A DNA stretch of 64,000 nt, taken from a virus. A program made the translations under genes and the position numbers. The notes below the pieces were generated by a model that had not been told where the DNA came from, did not search any database, and saw only the letters and a list, made by a program, of their open reading frames with translations. The stretch is taken from UHGV virus genome UHGV-0311442, one strand, 5' to 3'. Position 1 is the stretch's first letter; each line of letters opens with the position of its first letter. Below, in pieces: positions 46,773 to 54,568 of this stretch.

Positions 46773-47381
46773 TTATTTGGTGTACAGGTGATAACCCATT
46801 GAAGTCCAATAATCGACGTTCTTCGTGTTTTCTACCCAAACCTGTCCCGCCTTTGTGGCTAAGACTTCCATTGTCAATGTACAGATCAGATTTGTTACCG
46901 GGATACAATTTCCAGGTGTAACATCATCCAGATAAACCGGATATAAAAACGGCGATTTAATGGATTGGTACGGGTAAGAATAGTGGCTACCGACCTTCCA
47001 CCCTTCTTCTACAGGACAGAGATTAAAAGTGCGTGTTTCAGGAACTGCGTTTTCAGAGATCCAGTTAACAACATCGGCTTTAATTCGATCGTGGTCGATA
47101 TAGTAGAACACAACACGTTGTGGGATACTTGTGGTACCAGCCGGGTCTAAAGCCTCCAACGCCTTAAAAGGCGACGTTAACAATGTTGTACTGTTCTCAA
47201 GCGCGTAAACCAACTTTTCGTAAGCAGTCGGTGTTTTACGTTTAAAATATTCCCGTAAGCGAGGGTATGCCAGGAAGCCCTCTACTTCTTCTTCCATTAA
47301 GTCAATGAATAAAGGCGTATGCGAAAAGCGTTCTGCATTTTGCATCGCTTCAAGAAAACGAACTAATGTAATTTCGTTCAT
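46773..47381 (-). CDS. Hypothetical protein (202 aa)
   Basis: ORF upstream of the Rad50-like gene; no metallophosphatase motifs. Confidence 0.5.
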   Translation of the reverse strand: MNEITLVRFLEAMQNAERFSHTPLFIDLMEEEVEGFLAYPRLREYFKRKTPTAYEKLVYALENSTTLLTSPFKALEALDPAGTTSIPQRVVFYYIDHDRIKADVVNWISENAVPETRTFNLCPVEEGWKVGSHYSYPYQSIKSPFLYPVYLDDVTPGNCIPVTNLICTLTMEVLATKAGQVWVENTKNVDYWTSMGYHLYTK

Positions 47382-47401
47382 CTGGTCTTTCCTTTTAGAT
47401 C

Positions 47402-47430
47402 AAAAAAAGAAGCCCCGAGTAAACGGGGCC
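47402..47430 (-). terminator. Rho-independent terminator (minus strand)
   Basis: Stem GCCCCG/CGGGGC, loop AGTAAA; A-run on the plus strand upstream. Confidence 0.55.
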
Positions 47431-47437
47431 GGGCTAA

Positions 47438-47914
47438 TTACAGCCCTAAGTGCGTGAGTGATAAAATAGGTTGTGTTTCACCTTTAATCGTCGCGAAGGA
47501 ACGATACATTTCTGCGTTACTTGAAAAAACTTCGTTAGCAACGATACATTCACCCGTCTCTAAAGAAAGGAGATAAATGTAGTCGCTCCATACGCTTTGT
47601 ACCAACACCCACTCAAGTGCGGTATCATTTTCGCGTGTTGTTCGCAGGTGGTGAAAGTAAGGACGGATTGCATCAACTGCCGCATTAAAACGACGGTGAT
47701 AAATTCGGGTTAAATCAAAGGTCCAGATTGTTTCCAGGTCGACTGGATGTAGTGTGCGCACCGTTTCGATAATTGTCGACTGATCATTAAGGCGCGAGGC
47801 TTCGGCGATACGCAGCAGTTTCCAGGCCACCGTTAAGTTGTGGCGAATTTGTTCAGGTTTAGCCGACAGGTCATGATGAAATTGCGCAGCTTGGTAAACG
47901 TTAGATAATTGCAT
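47438..47914 (-). CDS. Hypothetical protein (158 aa)
   Basis: ATG with AAAGGAG upstream. Confidence 0.5.
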   Translation of the reverse strand: MQLSNVYQAAQFHHDLSAKPEQIRHNLTVAWKLLRIAEASRLNDQSTIIETVRTLHPVDLETIWTFDLTRIYHRRFNAAVDAIRPYFHHLRTTRENDTALEWVLVQSVWSDYIYLLSLETGECIVANEVFSSNAEMYRSFATIKGETQPILSLTHLGL

Positions 47915-47942
47915 TTTAATACTCCTTTAGGTAAACATGTCG

Positions 47943-47971
47943 TAAAAAGGACCCCGGACGTACCGGGGTCA
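47943..47971 (-). terminator. Rho-independent terminator (minus strand)
   Basis: Stem GACCCCGG/CCGGGGTC, loop ACGTA; A-run on the plus strand upstream. Confidence 0.55.
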
Positions 47972-47980
47972 AGACTACAC

Positions 47981-48370
47981 TCAATGATCTAATTCAATAG
48001 CACCAGCCATCTTGCCCCGTTCTTCGATAACAATCAGATAACGGTCGCGAGATTTGCTTTTAGCGAGAGTTAAGACAACAGTAGGGTCGCATGTTTTCGT
48101 GGTGATAGGAAGAACCTCTCTTTCGACGGAATCGAGCAGAAAGTAATAACCTGCGGGACACATTGTGCCACCGTCAGCTTTTACCAGAATATAGCGCCCG
48201 TCTGCGCCGACTTCTTGGCAGATTGTTTCACCGACTTCGCAAACTTCAAACCCCGGAGGATTGTACTGATAATCGGTATTGTTGTTTGGGGTTAGCAGTA
48301 AATCGTTAACTTGAGTAGATGCTGCTACACTCAGGGAGAAGAAGAATGCTAAAACGCAGACGAGACGCAT
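47981..48370 (-). CDS. Secreted Cys-containing protein S1 (129 aa)
   Basis: Signal peptide MRLVCVLAFFFSLSVAAS; CEVGETICQE and GRYILVKADGGTMC match S2. Confidence 0.55.
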   Translation of the reverse strand: MRLVCVLAFFFSLSVAASTQVNDLLLTPNNNTDYQYNPPGFEVCEVGETICQEVGADGRYILVKADGGTMCPAGYYFLLDSVEREVLPITTKTCDPTVVLTLAKSKSRDRYLIVIEERGKMAGAIELDH

Positions 48371-48380
48371 GAGTTACTCC

Positions 48381-48791
48381 TTAAATTTTAAGTTTATCCA
48401 TAGCTACAACGATAGGTTTTTCCGAAGTGTCTAATATCCCTACCATTGGCACACCATCTACGACTTCGAAGAATGGTTTGTTATTACCAGAGCATAGACG
48501 TTTGTCGTTGTATTCGAGACGTTGGGCCTTCCACGTTTCGAGGTTGAGTACAGACATTGGGCTGTCGTAGCACCAGGCACCACCTTGCTCAACGATGAAT
48601 ACGTATCTGCTACCTTTGTATTTAAACAGACTCTTCGCCTGACAGTACAACCCGTCAATTTCCGTACAATAGAAATCATCGGTGCTATTGACGTATTTAA
48701 TATTGTCTGGCAACTGAATCGTCTTTGCTGTAGCGTTGACAGAGAACAGAACAGCCATTGCAATGAGAAGAGTGTTGATGATAGTTTTCAT
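48381..48791 (-). CDS. Secreted Cys-containing protein S2 (136 aa), paralog of S1
   Basis: Signal peptide MKTIINTLLIAMAVLFSVNATA; CTEIDGLYCQA and SRYVFIVEQGGAWC match S1. Confidence 0.55.
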   Translation of the reverse strand: MKTIINTLLIAMAVLFSVNATAKTIQLPDNIKYVNSTDDFYCTEIDGLYCQAKSLFKYKGSRYVFIVEQGGAWCYDSPMSVLNLETWKAQRLEYNDKRLCSGNNKPFFEVVDGVPMVGILDTSEKPIVVAMDKLKI

Positions 48792-48802
48792 GATAAAAGT
48801 CC

Positions 48803-49288
48803 TTAGTATTTAGATTGTTCTACGTATTTCTTAACCAGGTAAGCGAATTCAGCAACACCGATATCACCGAACCAAATCAGGTAACCGGGGTCGATGTTGT
48901 AGTAATAGCCGACGAGTTTCTTGGTGTGTGGGTTGTATAGCGTTACGATGTATTCCCAACCACAAGCGTTAGCTTTACAACCGCCGCTTTCAATCCAGAT
49001 TTTGTTGTTGATATTTACCGGATACATGTTACCGCCAGGGCCATCCATGTAACCTTTAGAGCCGAACATACCATCCAGTCCCACAGGGTCTAGTGTTTTA
49101 TCAACAACGGCTTTAAACGACTTATCGGTATCGTACAAGTCGTTGATGTTTGGGCACGCATTTGGCTGACCTTCCCAAGCGTTTCCATCGCAGGTAAGCA
49201 ATTCGTCTACGGAGGCCGCATCTACAGTTGGCGTGGCACCGATAAACAAGAAAACCAGAAAGAACATCAGTGTATGTAAACGTTTCAT
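48803..49288 (-). CDS. Secreted protein S3 (161 aa) with CKxxxC disulfide-loop motif
   Basis: Signal peptide MKRLHTLMFFLVFLFIGATPTVDA; GGCKANACGWEYIV weakly recalls the Ivy CKPHDC loop context. Confidence 0.5.
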   Translation of the reverse strand: MKRLHTLMFFLVFLFIGATPTVDAASVDELLTCDGNAWEGQPNACPNINDLYDTDKSFKAVVDKTLDPVGLDGMFGSKGYMDGPGGNMYPVNINNKIWIESGGCKANACGWEYIVTLYNPHTKKLVGYYYNIDPGYLIWFGDIGVAEFAYLVKKYVEQSKY

Positions 49289-49306
49289 TGTAACTACTCC
49301 TTTAGA

Positions 49307-49699
49307 TTATTCGGCAGGACGATTTAAGGTAACGCGTCCGATTAATTCGGCGTTGTGAAAGAAGTCCACAGCGGTATAATTACCAACGGATAATGGGTGA
49401 ATACTAACTGACATTACTTTCGGTTGTTCGCAAGCAATATCGGTTAGACGTTGGTAGACTTGCGCACGGGTGTCAGCAATGAGTAACCCCGTACACGCTT
49501 CACCACGCACTAAACGATAAACTTGCAGTTTACCGAAACTGCGCATTAACGTAGGCGTCTCATCCGGGTTGATAATCGGTGAGTCAGGAGCCGGTTCGTA
49601 ATAGCGGACATCCGAATCACCGAAAGCATAAGTGCCAGTAATTCCGACCGCACAGAAAATAATGATAGTATAAAGTATAGTTCTGATATTCATTTTCAC
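49307..49699 (-). CDS. Secreted protein S4 (130 aa)
   Basis: Signal-peptide-like N-terminus MKMNIRTILYTIIIFCAVGITGTYA; two Cys in mature part. Confidence 0.5.
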   Translation of the reverse strand: MKMNIRTILYTIIIFCAVGITGTYAFGDSDVRYYEPAPDSPIINPDETPTLMRSFGKLQVYRLVRGEACTGLLIADTRAQVYQRLTDIACEQPKVMSVSIHPLSVGNYTAVDFFHNAELIGRVTLNRPAE

Positions 49700-49721
49700 G
49701 CACTCTAAAAAAGATTAATAG

Positions 49722-50183
49722 TTATTTGTTAGGACGGGTGTGCCCACAGTTTTGGAAGAAAGTTTCAGATAAACGATCGCCTTCTACGGTAAAGTTAGCG
49801 GCATCGTTACCATTGATACTCACACTGAAAGTTTTGGCATTACCGATAGCATTAACGAAAGCAACCCAAGCGTGTTCTGCCTTGTCACTACCGTCCACGG
49901 TAGGGATGTTATAGGTTTTGCCGTTTACGACAATATCCATCGTGTTATCTTCAGCGTTAGTTGCACCTACGGGTTCCCCGTAATACCAAACCATGCGACC
50001 GTAAAATTTGCGATTCGCAGTTTCAGTGTCACAGTTGATAGACAGTCCGTTTCCGGCGGTGTCTTCAATTTCGTAAACTGCCTGGCCAGGGTTTTGTATT
50101 TGTTCCCAGCTGTTGATAGCGGCGTGTGCAGTATTGAAACCGATTACGAAAAGGGCGATTAAAAAGGAAGTGAAGATTTTCAT
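49722..50183 (-). CDS. Secreted protein S5 (153 aa)
   Basis: Signal peptide MKIFTSFLIALFVIGFNTAHAA; first gene of the secreted-protein run. Confidence 0.5.
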   Translation of the reverse strand: MKIFTSFLIALFVIGFNTAHAAINSWEQIQNPGQAVYEIEDTAGNGLSINCDTETANRKFYGRMVWYYGEPVGATNAEDNTMDIVVNGKTYNIPTVDGSDKAEHAWVAFVNAIGNAKTFSVSINGNDAANFTVEGDRLSETFFQNCGHTRPNK

Positions 50184-50232
50184 TGTTTTGCTCCTTTATG
50201 GCGTTAATGTATAAAGAGTTAATCGTAACTCT

Positions 50233-50257
50233 CACCTAAGTAATATATATCTGAAAT
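50233..50257. promoter_or_regulatory. Conserved 25-mer CACCTAAGTAATATATATCTGAAAT upstream of the secreted-protein operon
   Basis: 23 of 25 positions identical to CACTTAAGTAAAATATATCTGAAAT at 54519-54543; reverse complement contains TATATTAC. Confidence 0.4.
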
Positions 50258-50277
50258 TATTTTTAATATTAACGAAC

Positions 50278-50310
50278 AAAAAATAAAAGGTGGGGGTAAA
50301 CCCCCACCGA
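50278..50310 (-). terminator. Rho-independent terminator (minus strand)
   Basis: Stem GGTGGGGG/CCCCCACC, loop TAAA; A-run on the plus strand upstream. Confidence 0.65.
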
Positions 50311-50312
50311 TG

Positions 50313-50891
50313 TTATACATCGAACCGGTACTGCCGGGAGTTAATGAGGAACTCGGTATTCAGCTCAATCCATTCGAGTAAATCACCCAACGGTAATCGG
50401 TTTGGGTTTTCTAACTCAATAGACGCTACCGGATAAGAGTTTACTAATTCCGTAATTGCCTCAATACCCTCTTGCGTTCCGTCGTCTTCTAAGGTGATTG
50501 TAAACGGCATATCGGTACGATCCGCATTAGGATTGTACAAACTGACTTTCGTTGCTTGGACAAACGCAGTCAGGTCGTCACGTATAATGCGTGTATCAGG
50601 CGCTAGAACTACCCAGAGATGTTGTCCTGGCTGGAGTTTACGTTTTGCGTAGTTTAAGAACGGGTTAGCCGGTAAGCTTTCCAAACCACTGCAAATGTTC
50701 CGTAAATGAATCCCTCGTGGGTCTTTATAGTCCACGCTGAAGATTCCTACCGGTTCCTTCGCTGCCTGTTTTATCAGAAAGACCAATACCGTGTCCGCTC
50801 TTTCTGGTAAGGAAAGCTCTATTCCCTCAAGCTCCCCATCGACGAGGTTTTCCAACCAAACGTCTTTTCGCATTTCTATTAATCGGTACAC
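50313..50891 (-). CDS. Hypothetical protein (192 aa)
   Basis: ORF with ATG start. Confidence 0.5.
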   Translation of the reverse strand: MYRLIEMRKDVWLENLVDGELEGIELSLPERADTVLVFLIKQAAKEPVGIFSVDYKDPRGIHLRNICSGLESLPANPFLNYAKRKLQPGQHLWVVLAPDTRIIRDDLTAFVQATKVSLYNPNADRTDMPFTITLEDDGTQEGIEAITELVNSYPVASIELENPNRLPLGDLLEWIELNTEFLINSRQYRFDV

Positions 50892-50903
50892 GGTACCACC
50901 TCA

Positions 50904-51677
50904 CTATTGATTAAGTTTTACATCGGCAATAAACAGCAATTGTTTACCATGTTGCTGCACTTCTTTCCAACCTAGTTTCATAGCAGCGTCAACAACATCT
51001 AACATGCTGTAACGGGACATCAACGCGGTTGATTTTGTTCCTGACATTAAATAAAGCGGCTCATTAGGGCAACGGTCTCGAGCATCAGGAAGTTCTCGAA
51101 TAACCGCTGAGCCTTCGGGTGCGGTAACAACGTGAATCACGGTAAATGGTCTCTTATGCGTTAAATAGATACGAAATCCAACGTGTTCAGATTCATGAAA
51201 GATTTTCTTCACAACCACATCTTTTAGTGTTGTCTGAACATCATCCCCAGGTAATATCGTGGATTCACGAGAAACGAAACAACGACTATTTTCAATCGTG
51301 GAGAAATAATTACGTATCGGCAAACTGGCGTTATGATCGCGCAGTTTTTTGCTCAATAGATCGAAGTTCAGTTCTTTAACTTTTTCTAACCACTCTTTGG
51401 CTTGTTGAATGTAATAACTACCAACAGCGCGATAAGTTAATACCTTACCTGTGCTCACTTTCCAAAGCTTGATGCTTAGTGAATTTGGCTTATAGCGACG
51501 ATACTCACCCTGCGTATGGTTGATGCGCTCGTAACGCTCTACATCATCAACTGGTGCAGATTCGACCGATTGTAATTGCAGCGTACGATCTAATCTATCG
51601 GCAAATAGTAGTGATGATAGCGGGCCTTCGATCATATACGGTTCGGTTTTAAAGATATCGTCTAAATGGACTTTCAT
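50904..51677 (-). CDS. Paralog family member 1 (257 aa) with C-terminal GW...QLLF(I/V)AD module
   Basis: C-terminus AAMKLGWKEVQQHGKQLLFIADV; N-terminus MKVHLDDIF matches member 4 (MKELLDDIF). Confidence 0.55.
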   Translation of the reverse strand: MKVHLDDIFKTEPYMIEGPLSSLLFADRLDRTLQLQSVESAPVDDVERYERINHTQGEYRRYKPNSLSIKLWKVSTGKVLTYRAVGSYYIQQAKEWLEKVKELNFDLLSKKLRDHNASLPIRNYFSTIENSRCFVSRESTILPGDDVQTTLKDVVVKKIFHESEHVGFRIYLTHKRPFTVIHVVTAPEGSAVIRELPDARDRCPNEPLYLMSGTKSTALMSRYSMLDVVDAAMKLGWKEVQQHGKQLLFIADVKLNQ

Positions 51678-51689
51678 TTCTATTTCCTT

Positions 51690-51720
51690 CTTAACAAAAG
51701 CCGCGACTAAAGCGCGGCAG
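51690..51720 (-). terminator. Rho-independent terminator (minus strand)
   Basis: Stem GCCGCG/CGCGGC, loop ACTAAA; A-rich run on the plus strand upstream. Confidence 0.5.
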
Positions 51721-51744
51721 TTAGAGAAAGTGTAGTTTCACTTA

Positions 51745-52896
51745 TTAAAGGTCAGCAACAAACAGCAGCTGACTGCCGTACGGTTCGACAGATTTCCAAC
51801 CGTAATCTTTACCGATCGTCGTTAGATGGCCGGTATTTAACTTTTTGTCAACCATCCGCAGACGCATCATTAGCGTATTGGATTCTGCCGCATCGAGTAA
51901 CAACGCAGGTTCTTTTTCAGTGCGGTCATCCGCTTTCGGGAAGAAACTGTAATACTGACTTTTGGGCAGTTCGATTGTCAACGTATAGTTTTTCTTTGTA
52001 ATGAATAACGCCATCCCTTCGAAATTACAATCGAAACGATATTCCCAACCCGCCTCGGCTAAAACGTCTTTTAGCATTTCCATGACTTTAAGCTGGTTAA
52101 CGCTAGGCAGTCGGTAAGCTGCAAGGTTACTTGGAAATATGCGTATACCGTCGACGACACTATCGGTGGTTTCGTCAATAAGTTCAGGATAACGTTGCGA
52201 GAAAATATGATCGCTCTTGCTTTTCTCTTCGATGTCACGAATGAATTGGGCTATTTCGTCTCTTAAGCCAGACACTTGATTTTCTCCTTCGACTTCAATA
52301 ATCTGGTGGGGTTCGCCGCTAATTAAAATGTGGTAAACGATGTCGTCGGTAGAACGGTAAGTGAGTTTGATAGCTTTATCACTTAACATTTCGTAGCGGA
52401 AGAAACTTTCGTACCAAGTTGACCCGAAATCGTTTCGTGTAAGTTCCTGCTCAACTTTGATGGTTTTTGCTTCAAAACCAATTAACCCACTTAATAACGC
52501 GTGTTCTGGTTTAGTTAAAATGTTCGCACCGTGAAAGGGCACTTTCTCAAGCTGAAAACATAAATTACTGACTTTACCACTTGGGAAGACCTTAAACATA
52601 ATCTTCCGGCTGCTACTCTTTTCCCTAACAACGAGTTTACGGTAATTTAGTCCACAATTTGTGTAAACCGCGAACTTGTAACCTTCAATTTCTTCATCGT
52701 AAGTACAGACATCGACAGGTGCGATAATCTCATTGTATTCAGTAAGTACACAGCAGCCCAAGTTATAACCAAACAACTCACGTTGTAATGAAGATTCGAT
52801 GGTTAAGCTTGGTAGTGACCAAGTCCGATTATAGCATCTGTCCATCAGTTCTTTTAGGATCTTGGCATGTCCTGGCTTAGAAATAATATTTCGCAT
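51745..52896 (-). CDS. Paralog family member 2 (383 aa), module present twice
   Basis: C-terminus GKDYGWKSVEPYGSQLLFVADL plus internal AEAGWEYRFDCNFEGMALFITKK. Confidence 0.55.
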   Translation of the reverse strand: MRNIISKPGHAKILKELMDRCYNRTWSLPSLTIESSLQRELFGYNLGCCVLTEYNEIIAPVDVCTYDEEIEGYKFAVYTNCGLNYRKLVVREKSSSRKIMFKVFPSGKVSNLCFQLEKVPFHGANILTKPEHALLSGLIGFEAKTIKVEQELTRNDFGSTWYESFFRYEMLSDKAIKLTYRSTDDIVYHILISGEPHQIIEVEGENQVSGLRDEIAQFIRDIEEKSKSDHIFSQRYPELIDETTDSVVDGIRIFPSNLAAYRLPSVNQLKVMEMLKDVLAEAGWEYRFDCNFEGMALFITKKNYTLTIELPKSQYYSFFPKADDRTEKEPALLLDAAESNTLMMRLRMVDKKLNTGHLTTIGKDYGWKSVEPYGSQLLFVADL

Positions 52897-52926
52897 TTTT
52901 ACTCTCCTTTAGGGTTTTTTTGTTAC

Positions 52927-53481
52927 TTAAGCAGGGTAAGCTAAAAACAACAACTGCTGGCCGAGTTTACGTACAGTATACCAACCGTGGGCTTTAGCGA
53001 CCGCGATCAACGTTTCCCAGTCATCAACATCACACTGCTCATTCCGAAGTCTTGTAAAGAGTGCCTCGGCTTCGCTTTGGTTTAATAACTTACCTGGGTT
53101 GTCTGGGGTGCAGTCAGTAGGGGTTGGAAAGAAAGTATACTGACGCGCTAGGAGAAAATCGACCAGATACTTGGTATTTTCTTTATAAACCAGCGTGGAA
53201 GACTTTCCTTCGTGGAAGAAGCTGCCTGTTTTCCAAGCGCTATCCCCCAGTAAGCTCTGAAGGTAATCTGTAAAGCCCGTTCTGAAAGGGATATGGTTTT
53301 TACGTGTGATGTTACGACGCAGCGGGGTTTCCTCTACAGCTTGTACACCCACCCCTACTATCATCGCACCTGGCTGAATAATGCTATTGGTCAGTACGGT
53401 ATAAGGACGGACAAAGAAATGTTCGCCTACGCCTTTTTCAAGGGTTTGGATAATTTCATTTTTCAGTTCAGTTTGAAACAT
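52927..53481 (-). CDS. Paralog family member 3 (184 aa)
   Basis: C-terminus AVAKAHGWYTVRKLGQQLLFLAYPA. Confidence 0.55.
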   Translation of the reverse strand: MFQTELKNEIIQTLEKGVGEHFFVRPYTVLTNSIIQPGAMIVGVGVQAVEETPLRRNITRKNHIPFRTGFTDYLQSLLGDSAWKTGSFFHEGKSSTLVYKENTKYLVDFLLARQYTFFPTPTDCTPDNPGKLLNQSEAEALFTRLRNEQCDVDDWETLIAVAKAHGWYTVRKLGQQLLFLAYPA

Positions 53482-53510
53482 GGTATATTCTCCTTTTTCG
53501 GTTTTCTTAA

Positions 53511-54248
53511 TTACGCGGTTTTAATTAACAGCAGATAGTCCTTCGTAATCTCAGCACAACCCCACCCTCTCATCGCGGCGATTTTACGAAGATCAATTTT
53601 CTCGTGATATCTCAATAAGGGATCGCCTGAGTTAATCTCAACCAGGTGTGTGGCTTTAGAAATCGTTTCTACATCAGGGATCTGTTTTGCTAAGTCGGAT
53701 GCAATTAACTCGATGATACGGTATCCCTCTAACACAGAAACATAGATGCGCAAACCATATAGCGTGCCTTCGTCTTCTAATGGACAAAGATCGATGCCGG
53801 GTCCAAGCAGTGATAACTCGACGTTATCGGGAAGGTTTTCTGCATTTCGGAGTAACCCTATCCCATTTCTAAACAGAGGGAAGTAAGAGAATAGTGGTGG
53901 TAAAGCCCAACCGTTCCCAATAAGCACATCAGCGATACTCGTAGGTGTGTTCGCAAGAAGACGAATGTGGTCAGCCACAACTTCAAGTTCGGCGTCACTG
54001 ATCAACTTATAGATTAACATGACACTGGTTTCGGTATTAATAACAAAGAAGACGCGGTTGGCGTAACTGCCTATCACGTATTCGTCAATCATACAGTCGA
54101 TAACGTCACTGTCTGGATAATCTTCAGGTTTAATTGTTCCAGCATCGATTAACTTAGCAGGTTGCGATTGTTTTATTAGTTCGTTAACCACCGTAGAAGA
54201 AAGTTCTAAACTGGTGTTGGTAAAGATATCGTCTAATAATTCTTTCAT
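53511..54248 (-). CDS. Paralog family member 4 (245 aa), degenerate module
   Basis: C-terminus AAMRGWGCAEITKDYLLLIKTA; N-terminus MKELLDDIF matches member 1. Confidence 0.5.
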   Translation of the reverse strand: MKELLDDIFTNTSLELSSTVVNELIKQSQPAKLIDAGTIKPEDYPDSDVIDCMIDEYVIGSYANRVFFVINTETSVMLIYKLISDAELEVVADHIRLLANTPTSIADVLIGNGWALPPLFSYFPLFRNGIGLLRNAENLPDNVELSLLGPGIDLCPLEDEGTLYGLRIYVSVLEGYRIIELIASDLAKQIPDVETISKATHLVEINSGDPLLRYHEKIDLRKIAAMRGWGCAEITKDYLLLIKTA

Positions 54249-54340
54249 GATTTACTCGCTAATCCCAATGAAGGGAAGGCTATTATTATGGATTGTAAAA
54301 GAGGTATAAGGAAGTCACTACGTTCCTCTGGGAAGAGTAT

Positions 54341-54410
54341 GTCGGTATACTCCGTATACCTCCGCTATTTATATCCGTATACATAATGCCCCCTACCCCC
54401 TACCGGTATC
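54341..54410. promoter_or_regulatory. Cluster of GTATAC-containing palindromic repeats in a 320-bp divergent intergenic region
   Basis: CGGTATAC (54343-54350), CCGTATAC (54352-54359 and 54375-54382), CCGGTATC (54403-54410); ACATAATG occurs twice (54381-54388, 54431-54438). Confidence 0.4.
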
Positions 54411-54487
54411 CCGAGTAGCAGAATAAAGGGACATAATGTAATTTTTAGTAACCTTTAACGAAAGGTACTAAAAGGGTAACGTGTCCG

Positions 54488-54517
54488 TAGGGACTGAACT
54501 GGTACTTCAGTCCCTAT
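54488..54517. promoter_or_regulatory. Stem-loop in the divergent intergenic region
   Basis: Inverted repeat GGGACTGAA/TTCAGTCCC with 7-nt loop, just upstream of the conserved 25-mer. Confidence 0.35.
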
Positions 54518-54518
54518 T

Positions 54519-54543
54519 CACTTAAGTAAAATATATCTGAAAT
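54519..54543 (+). promoter_or_regulatory. Conserved 25-mer CACTTAAGTAAAATATATCTGAAAT, candidate promoter element for the plus-strand gene at 54569
   Basis: Near-identical copy of the element at 50233-50257; ends 25 nt before the ATG at 54569. Confidence 0.4.
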
Positions 54544-54568
54544 CAATTCCGATCTAAGGAACGTCCCG

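Noticed and set aside
46773-47381. Possible Mre11/SbcD partner upstream of the Rad50-like ATPase
   Set aside because: The 202-aa protein lacks metallophosphatase motifs (GDxHD, GNHE) and is too short for an Mre11 nuclease.
54249-54568. Possible tRNA gene in the longest intergenic region
   Set aside because: No cloverleaf-compatible arrangement and no T-loop GTTCRA-type sequence seen; the hairpins present are simple inverted repeats.
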